Shown here: one piece after another, positions 14,381-22,159 of the stretch
Layout: each line of letters starts with the position of its first letter
How positions within the stretch are numbered: position 1 is the first letter of the stretch
Virus record (IMG/VR): IMGVR_UViG_3300045988_023308
Strand: one strand, 5' to 3'
From: a virus
Length of the DNA: 42,430 bases
Made by a program: the position numbers and the translations under genes
Notes under the pieces: generated by a model
Seen by the model: the letters and a program-made list of their open reading frames with translations, nothing else
Database searches by the model: none
What the model was told of the DNA's origin: nothing

Positions 14381-14590
14381 TTACCGCTTGTTACCAAAAC
14401 CAAACATTCCCCGGAATTGGTCGAATTGTCCTTGCATTTGCTGTGCCATTTGCTGTGCCTGGTTAAGCTGCTGTTGACTGACCCGTCCGCTCTGCATCAA
14501 CTGGTTAAGCATCTGCTGGGGGTTCTGCCCCTGCATCTGCCGCATAAATTGCGGGAATTGTGTCATAATCTGCATAGGATTAGGAATCAT
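14381..14590 (-). CDS. Gln/Met-rich small protein
   Basis: MIPNPMQIMTQFPQFMRQMQGQNPQQMLNQLMQSGRVSQQQLNQAQQMAQQMQGQFDQF. RBS GGAGGGA. The start overlaps the upstream gene end. Confidence 0.6.
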   Translation of the reverse strand: MIPNPMQIMTQFPQFMRQMQGQNPQQMLNQLMQSGRVSQQQLNQAQQMAQQMQGQFDQFRGMFGFGNKR

Positions 14591-14987
14591 TGCGCTGTCC
14601 CTCCGTCATCTGCTTAATTTTTTCTTCCACAGCGGCGAGCCGTTGTTCAAAACCGGCGTTTACCGTCTCTGTGGTGTTTCCGGAATCCTTGATTTTGTAC
14701 TCATACGCCACAATCGGCATAGGCCGCCCGTTCATGTCGGCTCGTTTTTCGTAAAACACCGGCTTATTGCTGTCCCAGAGCCGGACAAAGCCATTGGCCG
14801 CTACCAAAAACGCCTCTGCTGCTGATTCCGACGCAACCCAAATCCGGTCATCCTGTGGGCTTTGCGGTGGTGCGGCGTTCTGCCCTATGGGCATCTGCTG
14901 GGCAGGCGGCTGCATCTGCGGGAAATAGTTCTGCGGATAGTACCCGCCGGGTTGATAGATTGGCTGCATATACGGATTTGCCATCAT
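14580..14987 (-). CDS. Protein with a Pro/Gln/Tyr-rich N-terminus and a globular C-terminal domain
   Basis: MMANPYMQPIYQPGGYYPQNYFPQMQPPAQQMPIGQNAAPPQSPQDD, then RIWVASESAAEAFLVAANGFVRLWDSNKPVFYEK. ATGA overlap with the upstream gene. Confidence 0.65.
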   Translation of the reverse strand: MMANPYMQPIYQPGGYYPQNYFPQMQPPAQQMPIGQNAAPPQSPQDDRIWVASESAAEAFLVAANGFVRLWDSNKPVFYEKRADMNGRPMPIVAYEYKIKDSGNTTETVNAGFEQRLAAVEEKIKQMTEGQRNDS

Positions 14988-15370
14988 TCACGCCTCCAAA
15001 AATAGATTGGGTTTTCGTCCATCGAATTCCAGGTGTCATACAATACGCCGTCAATCACGGTGACAACGTGGTTTTTCAGGGCAACGACATAGGTTCCAGT
15101 CGGGTACTCCTGGATAAAATCACCCACGGTGTAGCAGTCCGGACATTCTGCCGGAATCGATGCCCGGCGAAAGCCATGTTTCCGGAGGACTGCACCCCAT
15201 ACGTTGTTTGCACTGGGCATATCACATTGTGATATGCCTTCGATTGCTAGCATGACATATGCCTGATACCAGTCAATATCTAACGCCTTCGCAATCGCTC
15301 TTACAGCACAATCGCCGACTTTCGCCGTCCGGGGGTTCGGGTTGAAACTTCGAAAAATGCCCATAGGCAT
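14984..15370 (-). CDS. Hypothetical protein with a possible Cys/His/Asp triad (papain-like fold candidate)
   Basis: MPMGIFRSFNPNPRTAKVGDCAVRAIAKAL...KNHVVTVIDGVLYDTWNS. RBS GAAAGGGG. It is the first gene after the terminator at 15396-15437. Confidence 0.5.
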   Translation of the reverse strand: MPMGIFRSFNPNPRTAKVGDCAVRAIAKALDIDWYQAYVMLAIEGISQCDMPSANNVWGAVLRKHGFRRASIPAECPDCYTVGDFIQEYPTGTYVVALKNHVVTVIDGVLYDTWNSMDENPIYFWRRE

Positions 15371-15395
15371 CGCCCCTTTCTGCTTATAGCATAGC

Positions 15396-15437
15396 AAAAA
15401 ACCAGGCGAACGAATCATCATCGTTTCGCCTGGTTTT
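15396..15437 (-). terminator. Rho-independent terminator ending the late/lysis transcript
   Basis: The minus strand reads CCAGGCGAAACG-loop-CGTTCGCCTGG followed by TTTTTT. Confidence 0.8.
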
Positions 15438-15461
15438 CGTCAGAAAATCGTCACATTGTCG

Positions 15462-15698
15462 TCAAATAATCAGATCGTCCGGGAGTATGGCACTAAACCC
15501 CTTGACCGCATCATATTTCCGCTGCAATCGTCGGACGACCCTAGTTATCGTAGCTTGGGACACACTATATTTTTGTGATTGCCAGTATTGGCAGTGCCCG
15601 GCGGCACGGGTGGTTAAGACATCCTTTTCCAGCGGCGTAAGACACGCCAGCCTGTCAAACTCGTCAATGACCACCCGATTTAACCCGGGCTTGTCCAC
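15462..15698 (-). CDS. Small sigma-70 region-4-like HTH protein
   Basis: LTPLEKDVLTTRAAG...YSVSQATITRVVRRLQRKY. GTG start with a weak RBS, so the start is uncertain. Confidence 0.5.
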   Translation of the reverse strand: MDKPGLNRVVIDEFDRLACLTPLEKDVLTTRAAGHCQYWQSQKYSVSQATITRVVRRLQRKYDAVKGFSAILPDDLII

Positions 15699-15706
15699 CT
15701 ACCGCA

Positions 15707-15964
15707 TCAATCCTTTCTGGGGGTAATGTAATTCTGCGCCTGCTTGCTATCGGAGATACCGGCGGTGGTAGGATCATTGACCACACCCAGGATCACCAGC
15801 ACACCAAAGACGGCGTTGACCACGGCAATCAGCCGATTGCCGATGTCGCCAACATCCAGGGTGTAGCCGAACACGGCGGCCACGGTCTGGATCAGCAGCA
15901 GCACAGCGGGAATCACCGCCAGCCAGAAGTTTTTGTTTTTGAATCGTACAGTCCAGTTAATCAT
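15707..15964 (-). CDS. Holin (phi LC3-type)
   Basis: ATG at 15964 after AGGAGG. MINWTVRFKNKNFWLAVIPAVLLLIQTVAAVFGY... with two TM segments. Located in the lysis cassette. Confidence 0.75.
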   Translation of the reverse strand: MINWTVRFKNKNFWLAVIPAVLLLIQTVAAVFGYTLDVGDIGNRLIAVVNAVFGVLVILGVVNDPTTAGISDSKQAQNYITPRKD

Positions 15965-15984
15965 TTTATTTTCCTCCTTAAATT

Positions 15985-16290
15985 TTAGCCCAGCCCAAGC
16001 CGGGCAAGAATAAACCCTACGACAGCGGCTACGACGATGTAGATGACCCTTTCTACCACAGACTTCCACCGCTTACCGGGTTCGGATTTCAGCTCCTGCA
16101 CATCCGTACAAAGGCCGTCAACCTTCTCCCCGGTGGTCTCCACCTTCTCCGCCATGACGGCAACGGACGTTGCCAAGCGGTTTACTGCTTCCGTCTGCTT
16201 TTCCAGCGCTTCCAGCCGGTGGGAGTTGGACTTGCTCCGCTGCTCTACAGCGGAAATCCACTTAGTGATCTCAGCTTCTTCCATTGGCAT
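15985..16290 (-). CDS. XhlA-like membrane protein (lysis-associated)
   Basis: N-terminal coiled coil (ITKWISAVEQRSKSNSHRLEALEKQTEAV) plus a C-terminal TM segment IYIVVAAVVGFILARL. The start may be ATG at 16284. Confidence 0.6.
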   Translation of the reverse strand: MPMEEAEITKWISAVEQRSKSNSHRLEALEKQTEAVNRLATSVAVMAEKVETTGEKVDGLCTDVQELKSEPGKRWKSVVERVIYIVVAAVVGFILARLGLG

Positions 16291-16299
16291 ACTCCCTTC

Positions 16300-16917
16300 T
16301 CAGCCGTTCCACCGGCTGTACTTTCCATTGTCGATATGTACCCCCCAATCGTAGCGGCCTAGACCGCCACGTCCGGGCATCTTTTCTGCCTGCACCTGCT
16401 CGGCGATTTCTTGCAACCGGGCGGCGGAAATGTCACCGCCGATGGGAGCAAGGTCAATGGCCTGGCCGGTCAGATGCAGGGAGTTCCACACGCCGCCCAC
16501 ATCGGCATTGTGCTGTTTGCACCGCACACCCGAGTTGACGTTCAGGGGCACACCGGCACGGCGGCGGATTTCGTCCGCCAGCCGTACGGTTTCTTCCACC
16601 GGTTCCGCCGGGAAGCCGTTGCAATATTTGCCGCCGCACTGACACCGGAATTCCGCCCGCCGGAAGTGTTGAATATCGTCCCAGAAAGTCCCCGTCTCGG
16701 CGTTTTCCGTTTTGGTGGGCGTGTACATTCTCCCTGCCGCAACCGCCGCTAGGAGGGCGGCCTGGGTCTCCTGGCCTGGGTCTTCGTCCGCTTTTAGCCC
16801 CTCCGCCGCCTGGAAAAGCTTCACAGCCTGACGGGTCTGGTTTCCTGTGATCCCATCCGGTGCGCCCACCGGGTAGCCCAGATAGGCAAGCAAGCACTGC
16901 ACCTGTTTGGTGGTCAT
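16300..16917 (-). CDS. Endolysin: PG_binding_1 domain plus peptidase M15A (D-Ala-D-Ala carboxypeptidase-like)
   Basis: ATG at 16917 after AAGGAGG. QVQCLLAYLGYPVGAPDGITGNQTRQAVKLFQ, then SGVRCKQHNADVGGVWNSLHLTGQAIDL. Confidence 0.8.
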   Translation of the reverse strand: MTTKQVQCLLAYLGYPVGAPDGITGNQTRQAVKLFQAAEGLKADEDPGQETQAALLAAVAAGRMYTPTKTENAETGTFWDDIQHFRRAEFRCQCGGKYCNGFPAEPVEETVRLADEIRRRAGVPLNVNSGVRCKQHNADVGGVWNSLHLTGQAIDLAPIGGDISAARLQEIAEQVQAEKMPGRGGLGRYDWGVHIDNGKYSRWNG

Positions 16918-17024
16918 AGCCTGTCCTCCTTCCCCACTGCCAAAGCCACAAATCCGATGGACAGCCCCACCAGCATTGGCAGGGCTAGAACCACCAGCCA
17001 CAGCAGCTTAGCCGCCGTTCTCAT
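16914..17024 (-). CDS. Putative 36-aa single-TM protein (below ORF-track cutoff)
   Basis: MRTAAKLLWLVVLALPMLVGLSIGFVALAVGKEDRL. Its TGA overlaps the endolysin ATG (ATGA). The start lies inside the upstream gene end and the RBS is weak. Confidence 0.35.
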   Translation of the reverse strand: MRTAAKLLWLVVLALPMLVGLSIGFVALAVGKEDRL

Positions 17025-17178
17025 CCGCACCGTACACGGTATTCACCAGGTCATCCAGCTCCATGTACTCCTCATCGGTAATCCGGTTCCGGGCGTAGAA
17101 CACATCCAGCTTCTTCCGTGCCACCTCGGCGGTCTTGTAGAACTTCCGGCCAATCAGAATCTTCATGCTTTCGTACAT
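17008..17178 (-). CDS. XkdX-like small protein
   Basis: ATG at 17178 after GGAGGA. MYESMKILIGRKFYKTAEVARKKLDVFYARNRITDEEYMELDDLV. Confidence 0.5.
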   Translation of the reverse strand: MYESMKILIGRKFYKTAEVARKKLDVFYARNRITDEEYMELDDLVNTVYGADENGG

Positions 17179-17227
17179 AACAAATTTCCTCCAGTTATAA
17201 AAATTTATGGATACGGCAAACATACCG

Positions 17228-17569
17228 TTACTCCCCTCCAATTTCCGATACGTCTTGATTGTAGATATCCTCCACCATAGCCGCCATAGCGTCCAGCAGC
17301 TCGGCATTCTGTGCGGTCAGGCTTTCCAGCTGCTCCTGCTCATAGGCTCTCTGGGCACTATCCAGCTCCCGCCATGGCTTCCATGGGGATACCATCTCTC
17401 CCTGGAAAACTACGCCATCCGAACGTTCCCAGGTTTCACCATTCGGCACAAAGCGGTATCCCTCGATGTAGGCTTGACACTTTCCGTCAAAGTAGTCCGT
17501 CTCAACTGCTGTCAGGCCGTCCCCCGGTGCGGTGTGGCACTTGTAATCACTGTCAATGTAGATTGTCAT
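17228..17569 (-). CDS. Hypothetical protein (tail-fibre-associated)
   Basis: ATG at 17569, 5-6 nt after GGAGGTG. MTIYIDSDYKCHTAPGDGLTAVETDYFDGKC... Confidence 0.55.
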   Translation of the reverse strand: MTIYIDSDYKCHTAPGDGLTAVETDYFDGKCQAYIEGYRFVPNGETWERSDGVVFQGEMVSPWKPWRELDSAQRAYEQEQLESLTAQNAELLDAMAAMVEDIYNQDVSEIGGE

Positions 17570-17571
17570 AG

Positions 17572-18474
17572 TCACACCTCCAAATAAATTTCGTGGATTG
17601 TGATATCCGCCGTACTAGCAACAATTTGCACAACATAATCGCCGCCCTGCGCTTTGGAAATATCTGTCGATACAATTGTGTTGTCATCAAGCGATTTGGT
17701 AATCCTAGTAGCCGCAACCATATAGGCATATGCGTCTTTTGCATTACTGGCTCCAAGGTATGCGTCATTGCTTATGCCAAAAACACCCCCATGGAAATCA
17801 GCATTGTTTGTAAATACCACTGACACTTTGGTGCAAAGCTTTGACCACCCCATTATTTGCATTTTTTTAGCTGTGTAGATAGATGCAAAGCGTGCGCTTG
17901 TGCCTGCGTAGTATAGACGCACATTGTCTGTATCCCAGGTGATTTTTCCATTTCCCGCCTTACTCTCGCTCCAACCACCGGTTACATCCGTGCGCTTATC
18001 GCCATTTTTATATAAGTACCACTTGTTCACGGTATGGCTCTCGCCGCTGGCTCCAACCGTCACCTTCTCCGCAAAGCCGGTGCTCAGCTTCACCGTCCAC
18101 TCGCCTGCCTCCGTCACTGCACACGCCCATGTGCCGCTGGTGTCCGGCGCATTCAGGGTGGTGCTGCCATTCGTGGCCGTACACACAAGGCCAGCCGGAT
18201 AGGTGATGTTGATTGTGGCCGAGAAAAACGTGATTTCCGCCTGGTAGTCCGCCTTGATTTCCACCGTCTTGCTGGCTGTGTCCGTGCTGTTGGAAATGGT
18301 AATCGTCCATTTCCCTTCTGTCAGGCCCCGGAATACCGCCAAGCCGTTGGCCCCGACAGTCTTACTTTTGACCTTTCCCGCCGTGTTCGTCACGGTGATA
18401 GCGGCACCAACGGGGGCCGTAACGGTCAGCTTGCACCCGGCACCGCTGCCGCCTGCATTCGTAATTCCAATCAT
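17572..18474 (-). CDS. Putative receptor-binding / tail fibre protein
   Basis: 300 aa, beta-rich and Thr/Gly-rich (KLTVTAPVGAAITVTNTAGKVKSKTV...). The call rests on its position at the distal end of the tail module. Confidence 0.5.
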   Translation of the reverse strand: MIGITNAGGSGAGCKLTVTAPVGAAITVTNTAGKVKSKTVGANGLAVFRGLTEGKWTITISNSTDTASKTVEIKADYQAEITFFSATINITYPAGLVCTATNGSTTLNAPDTSGTWACAVTEAGEWTVKLSTGFAEKVTVGASGESHTVNKWYLYKNGDKRTDVTGGWSESKAGNGKITWDTDNVRLYYAGTSARFASIYTAKKMQIMGWSKLCTKVSVVFTNNADFHGGVFGISNDAYLGASNAKDAYAYMVAATRITKSLDDNTIVSTDISKAQGGDYVVQIVASTADITIHEIYLEV

Positions 18475-18486
18475 ATTTTCACCATC

Positions 18487-18804
18487 CTATAATGTGGTTA
18501 TGCTTTGCACGGTAACAATGTAGTTTGGGATAGCGTCGGCGTACACGGTCACCTTGTCAGCGCCCGAAACACACATAGTCTCCAGTCCGCCAGTATCCCC
18601 GGAGAACATGACAAGCGGAACTTCGTCCGCTGTCACGCCCTGGGCCTGGATATCTGCCGCATAGTGATAACCGTTTTCGGTTTCTTCTTCCCGCCATGCG
18701 GATACCGGGATTTGAATATTCTTGTATTTCTTCCCCGCTGCTGTTGCCGTCGCCTTGACTTTCGCAATGAGCCATTTAACGGCCCCTTCGGTCAGCGTTA
18801 CCAT
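18487..18804 (-). CDS. Hypothetical structural protein
   Basis: RBS AAGGGGGAG. Located in the tail-fibre block. Confidence 0.5.
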   Translation of the reverse strand: MVTLTEGAVKWLIAKVKATATAAGKKYKNIQIPVSAWREEETENGYHYAADIQAQGVTADEVPLVMFSGDTGGLETMCVSGADKVTVYADAIPNYIVTVQSITTL

Positions 18805-18820
18805 GGCTCACTCTCCCCCT

Positions 18821-19552
18821 TTATGCGCCCCACATGGTATTCAGGTCGGTTTCCGTCAGCTCCGTGATATCGGCGGCCTTGAGGTAGTCGGACAAGTCAA
18901 CATCCGTGTTGCCGATCTTCTCAAAGGTCTTTTTGTCGGCAAGCCAGATGTATTCGTCGTAGCTGTCGCCGCTGCCGTGAGCGTGTGCAACCAGGTAGAT
19001 GGTGCCCTTTACGCCGGTTGCGGGAAGGGCGGTAACCACGCTGAATTCAATCCCGGTAACACCGGACAGGGCGCTATTGATAGCGTTCTGCACCTGGGTG
19101 GACGTCTGGTAACCCTTGCCGGTGATTTTGGTTTCCACCTGGGCCGCAGTCTGATACCCGTAGCCCTCCACGGTGCTTTTTACATTTGCGGCGGTCTGGT
19201 AGCCCTTGTTTCCGATAGCTGTGTCTACCTGGGCCGCAGTCTGGTAGCCGTAACCCTCGATTTTCTCGCCAATCTGTGCATCGGTGGGAACGGTCACGTC
19301 CACATTACGGGTGGAATCAATGGTCAGGGCAGTGCCGTTGACCTTTACGCCGACAATCTTGTTTTTCTCTGCCCCTACCTTTTTCAGGTCGGCTACACCG
19401 GTAACGGCCCCGTCATAGCTGGTTTTCAGAGCGGCGGTCAGGTCGTTGGTAGACAGGCCCTTACCAGATACCTTTTCTACCTTGTTGTTCAGTGCCGCTT
19501 TGACCTTCGTAATCAGTGCGGTGCCCCAAGATTTACCCAATACTTCACTCAT
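18821..19552 (-). CDS. Tail fibre protein with internal GYQTAAQV repeats
   Basis: ATG at 19552 after GGAGGA. EGYGYQTAAQVDTAIGNKGYQTAANVKSTVEGYGYQTAAQVETKITGKGYQTSTQVQNAI. Confidence 0.6.
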   Translation of the reverse strand: MSEVLGKSWGTALITKVKAALNNKVEKVSGKGLSTNDLTAALKTSYDGAVTGVADLKKVGAEKNKIVGVKVNGTALTIDSTRNVDVTVPTDAQIGEKIEGYGYQTAAQVDTAIGNKGYQTAANVKSTVEGYGYQTAAQVETKITGKGYQTSTQVQNAINSALSGVTGIEFSVVTALPATGVKGTIYLVAHAHGSGDSYDEYIWLADKKTFEKIGNTDVDLSDYLKAADITELTETDLNTMWGA

Positions 19553-19572
19553 GCTTTTTTCCTCCGTAAAAA

Positions 19573-19881
19573 TTAGATTTCTGTGGTATCCCACATGTAT
19601 TCTAAATCCGCCTCGCCCAGGGCGGAATCAGCCGGAATAGCGCCGACGTCTTCGGCGCTGTACCCCGGCTTTGTCGGTTGCTTTGCCCAGTCCGGAACGG
19701 TCGGGTCTTCTTCGTCCATGGCTCCCTGAATCGTCTTGCCGTTCAGGGTGGGCTTGTCCTTTAGGTCGTTATAGCTAGATGACATAACAAAGCTTTCGTC
19801 GTATTCCGCCCCGAAAGTGTTTCCCCCATCCAGCTGCACGGCGAATTCCGGTGTCTGGCTGAATGTAACGGCGAAACTCAC
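19573..19881 (-). CDS. Hypothetical structural protein
   Basis: GTG start overlapping the upstream TGA (GTGA). Contains a KDKPTLNGKTIQG motif common in fibre-associated proteins. Confidence 0.45.
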   Translation of the reverse strand: MSFAVTFSQTPEFAVQLDGGNTFGAEYDESFVMSSSYNDLKDKPTLNGKTIQGAMDEEDPTVPDWAKQPTKPGYSAEDVGAIPADSALGEADLEYMWDTTEI

Positions 19882-20177
19882 GGAATTTCACCGTCCTTCA
19901 AGATACGCTCCACGGTCGTTGAAATGATCTGTGACCGCATGACATTTTCACCCACCCGGATACTGATTTGCATTTCAACAGCGCAATCACACCGCAAAGA
20001 CAGCGTTTCTTCCTGGGTCAGGCGGACAACAAGCTTGTTGTCATCACATTTGCAGTCCTGCAACGGCTTGTCGATTTTTACAGTTCCGTACTGGGCAAAT
20101 GTAATATATGCGTTGTCAATGTTTTCCGTTGAAAATGGAAGCGTGAACGTCAAAGTTGGGGTTGTCCCTCTGTACAT
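19878..20177 (-). CDS. Hypothetical structural protein
   Basis: ATG at 20177. MYRGTTPTLTFTLPFSTENIDNAYITFAQ... The upstream part of the track ORF overlaps gene 20185-21138. Confidence 0.5.
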   Translation of the reverse strand: MYRGTTPTLTFTLPFSTENIDNAYITFAQYGTVKIDKPLQDCKCDDNKLVVRLTQEETLSLRCDCAVEMQISIRVGENVMRSQIISTTVERILKDGEIP

Positions 20178-20184
20178 ATCATCA

Positions 20185-21138
20185 TCATCCCTTCCAACAG
20201 ATAATTGTGTCGATGTTAACAGGTGCGGACGGCTTGCTATCAACATAGATATACACACCGCCGTTATGGCACTCCGCCACCGGGGCAAAATTGTTGTCCG
20301 TCAAGGCGGCAACACTGTACACCACGTTTGGGATCATGGACGCAATCACATTTGCAAGCGTCACCGCCGCCCGGAAAGGATAATCCTGGTATGTGCTATC
20401 CGCCACAAAGGCCGATACCGGGACGGTGGTATCCGCAAATGTCAGTTTCTTCAGCTCCACCGCCGTTCCGGCTTCCAGGTCTGCAAGTTCCTGATTGATT
20501 GCGTCAAGCACACCCCGTGCCTGTGACGTGGTATCGCCAAGAACGGTGTTAACCTTCTCCTTTGTTTCGGACAACATTGTGCTGAACTGGCTTTGCATGG
20601 TGCCGGTATCAACGCTGACTTTCTCGGTCACTAGGCCGCATACGGAAGTGTTCAAGCGTTCGTCCGTAATTGCTGAACCGGTAATTGCCGTAGCACCAGC
20701 CGCAATGTAGATTTGCGCAAGACTGATTTGCTGCACAATATTAGTGTTAGTTAGTGCCGGGGCCGCCGCAGTACTGGACGTTTTGCCTTTCAGGATTTTA
20801 ACTTCCGGATAGTCCACATAGTTTGTGGTCTTCCACTCCACAATCACCCGGTCAATTCGGTTTAATACACCGTCTGCCGGGTCAATGGTAAGTTTCAGCT
20901 TCTCTCCGTCTTTCGTTTCGTTGTCAATCCACCACACCACACCATTTCCACCGGCGTTCGTCATCCAGCCGGTTCCATCTGTGACTTCCACCGCCATGCC
21001 GGGGGTAGACAGTGCACGGACAGCGGCATTGCCATCAGCGGCGAATACGCCGGATGTTCTGCCGTGGTGCCAACGCATTACATCTTCTGCGCCGATGAAA
21101 ACGTCCTGATTGTTGGGAAAACTTTTGATATTAGCCAT
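20185..21138 (-). CDS. Baseplate/tail-tip structural protein
   Basis: 317 aa, directly downstream of the Tal-like gene with an 8-nt overlap. The call is positional. Confidence 0.5.
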   Translation of the reverse strand: MANIKSFPNNQDVFIGAEDVMRWHHGRTSGVFAADGNAAVRALSTPGMAVEVTDGTGWMTNAGGNGVVWWIDNETKDGEKLKLTIDPADGVLNRIDRVIVEWKTTNYVDYPEVKILKGKTSSTAAAPALTNTNIVQQISLAQIYIAAGATAITGSAITDERLNTSVCGLVTEKVSVDTGTMQSQFSTMLSETKEKVNTVLGDTTSQARGVLDAINQELADLEAGTAVELKKLTFADTTVPVSAFVADSTYQDYPFRAAVTLANVIASMIPNVVYSVAALTDNNFAPVAECHNGGVYIYVDSKPSAPVNIDTIICWKG

Positions 21139-22159
21139 TTAATTTCATCGCCCCCAATGCTGTCAAGATAGGGTCACCCAGAAGGATTTCCGTCCGGGTC
21201 TTGTTGTTGTCAAGAGTGTACTTAATACCGGTAATCCGGGCATTAAAGGACACGCCGAACCGGGCAGACACGCACGACACAATGTCCCCAAGGTCGTAAT
21301 ATTTGCCCAGGTCTTCCGGGTCGATGGACACGGAAAAGGATTTTCGCCGGATACGCTTTCCAAGTTCCATTTGCCCATAGGCACGGGCACGTTCTTTGCA
21401 ATCGGCCACTGATTCATCATTTTCTTGGTTGACTGCGGTTTCAAACCACACTTCACGCCGGTTGTCGCCCTCAGCGTCTCCGACAATTACGACAAATGTA
21501 TTGTCTTTGCCCCCAAGACTTCCCTGCACATACGCCACATTGCAAAGGGTAGAATCATCGTCATTGATAACCAGGTCTTTCGCTGTTCCTTGTTCCTCGG
21601 AAAAGACAATGGCGTGGATGCCGTTCGTTAGGTCACGCCCTTTATATAGGCGGAATGTGTGGGTCAGATTGTCAGGATCCCATTCCATTGTTTGGCCTAT
21701 GCCCTTCTCTTCCAGAAAGGGCATGATTTCATCCAGCAGATAGCCGCCTTTGAAGATGTTGTCCGTTTTGTCCTCCATCCCGGTTGCCTCTGCAATCTGG
21801 ATTCTTGTCAGCCCTCGGAGATTATCGCTCACCATTTTATACACGCCGGTTTCGATGTTCGTCATATGGTACTCGGTTGCAATAATGCGCTTGTTTAAGT
21901 ACCAATTCGTAGTGTACCCGTTTGCCGTTATCCGGTTTGTGGTCGTGTCAATTTTCGTGTTTTCTATTACAAATGTTACTTTTCTGTCGGTGTCATATAG
22001 CAAATTACCAACTTTCAAGGCGGAAATATTGTAATCGCTGACAGGTGCAACAAGTATCAGTTTCCCAATATCGTTGTAATAGATGGACATGATAATACTG
22101 ATTGCGTGTCGGATTTCATACCGGGTATGGAAATCTTCAGGGTAAATTTCAAAGCTCAT
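21131..22159 (-). CDS. Tail-tip protein (Tal-like, Sipho_Gp37-type)
   Basis: ATGA overlap with Dit. Size and position after Dit fit. The C-terminus ITGIKYTLDNNKTRTEILLGDP is typical of Gp37-like proteins. Confidence 0.55.
   Translation of the reverse strand: MSFEIYPEDFHTRYEIRHAISIIMSIYYNDIGKLILVAPVSDYNISALKVGNLLYDTDRKVTFVIENTKIDTTTNRITANGYTTNWYLNKRIIATEYHMTNIETGVYKMVSDNLRGLTRIQIAEATGMEDKTDNIFKGGYLLDEIMPFLEEKGIGQTMEWDPDNLTHTFRLYKGRDLTNGIHAIVFSEEQGTAKDLVINDDDSTLCNVAYVQGSLGGKDNTFVVIVGDAEGDNRREVWFETAVNQENDESVADCKERARAYGQMELGKRIRRKSFSVSIDPEDLGKYYDLGDIVSCVSARFGVSFNARITGIKYTLDNNKTRTEILLGDPILTALGAMKLNG

Noticed and set aside
18722-19576. 284-aa plus-strand ORF, plus similar long plus-strand ORFs at 24259-24747, 32397-33029, 36031-36747, 39015-39794, 27398-27931 and 31299-31859
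   Set aside because: All lie antisense to minus-strand genes that have recognisable motifs and RBSs. Their translations are Gly/Arg/Val/Leu-rich noise typical of antisense frames. No start-site signals are present.
17572-21138. Diversity-generating retroelement or invertible (shufflon-type) tail-fibre variation
   Set aside because: No reverse transcriptase, invertase or recombinase lies nearby, and I saw no template/variable repeat pair. The only repeats are in-frame GYQTAAQV-type structural repeats within one gene (about 19139-19250).
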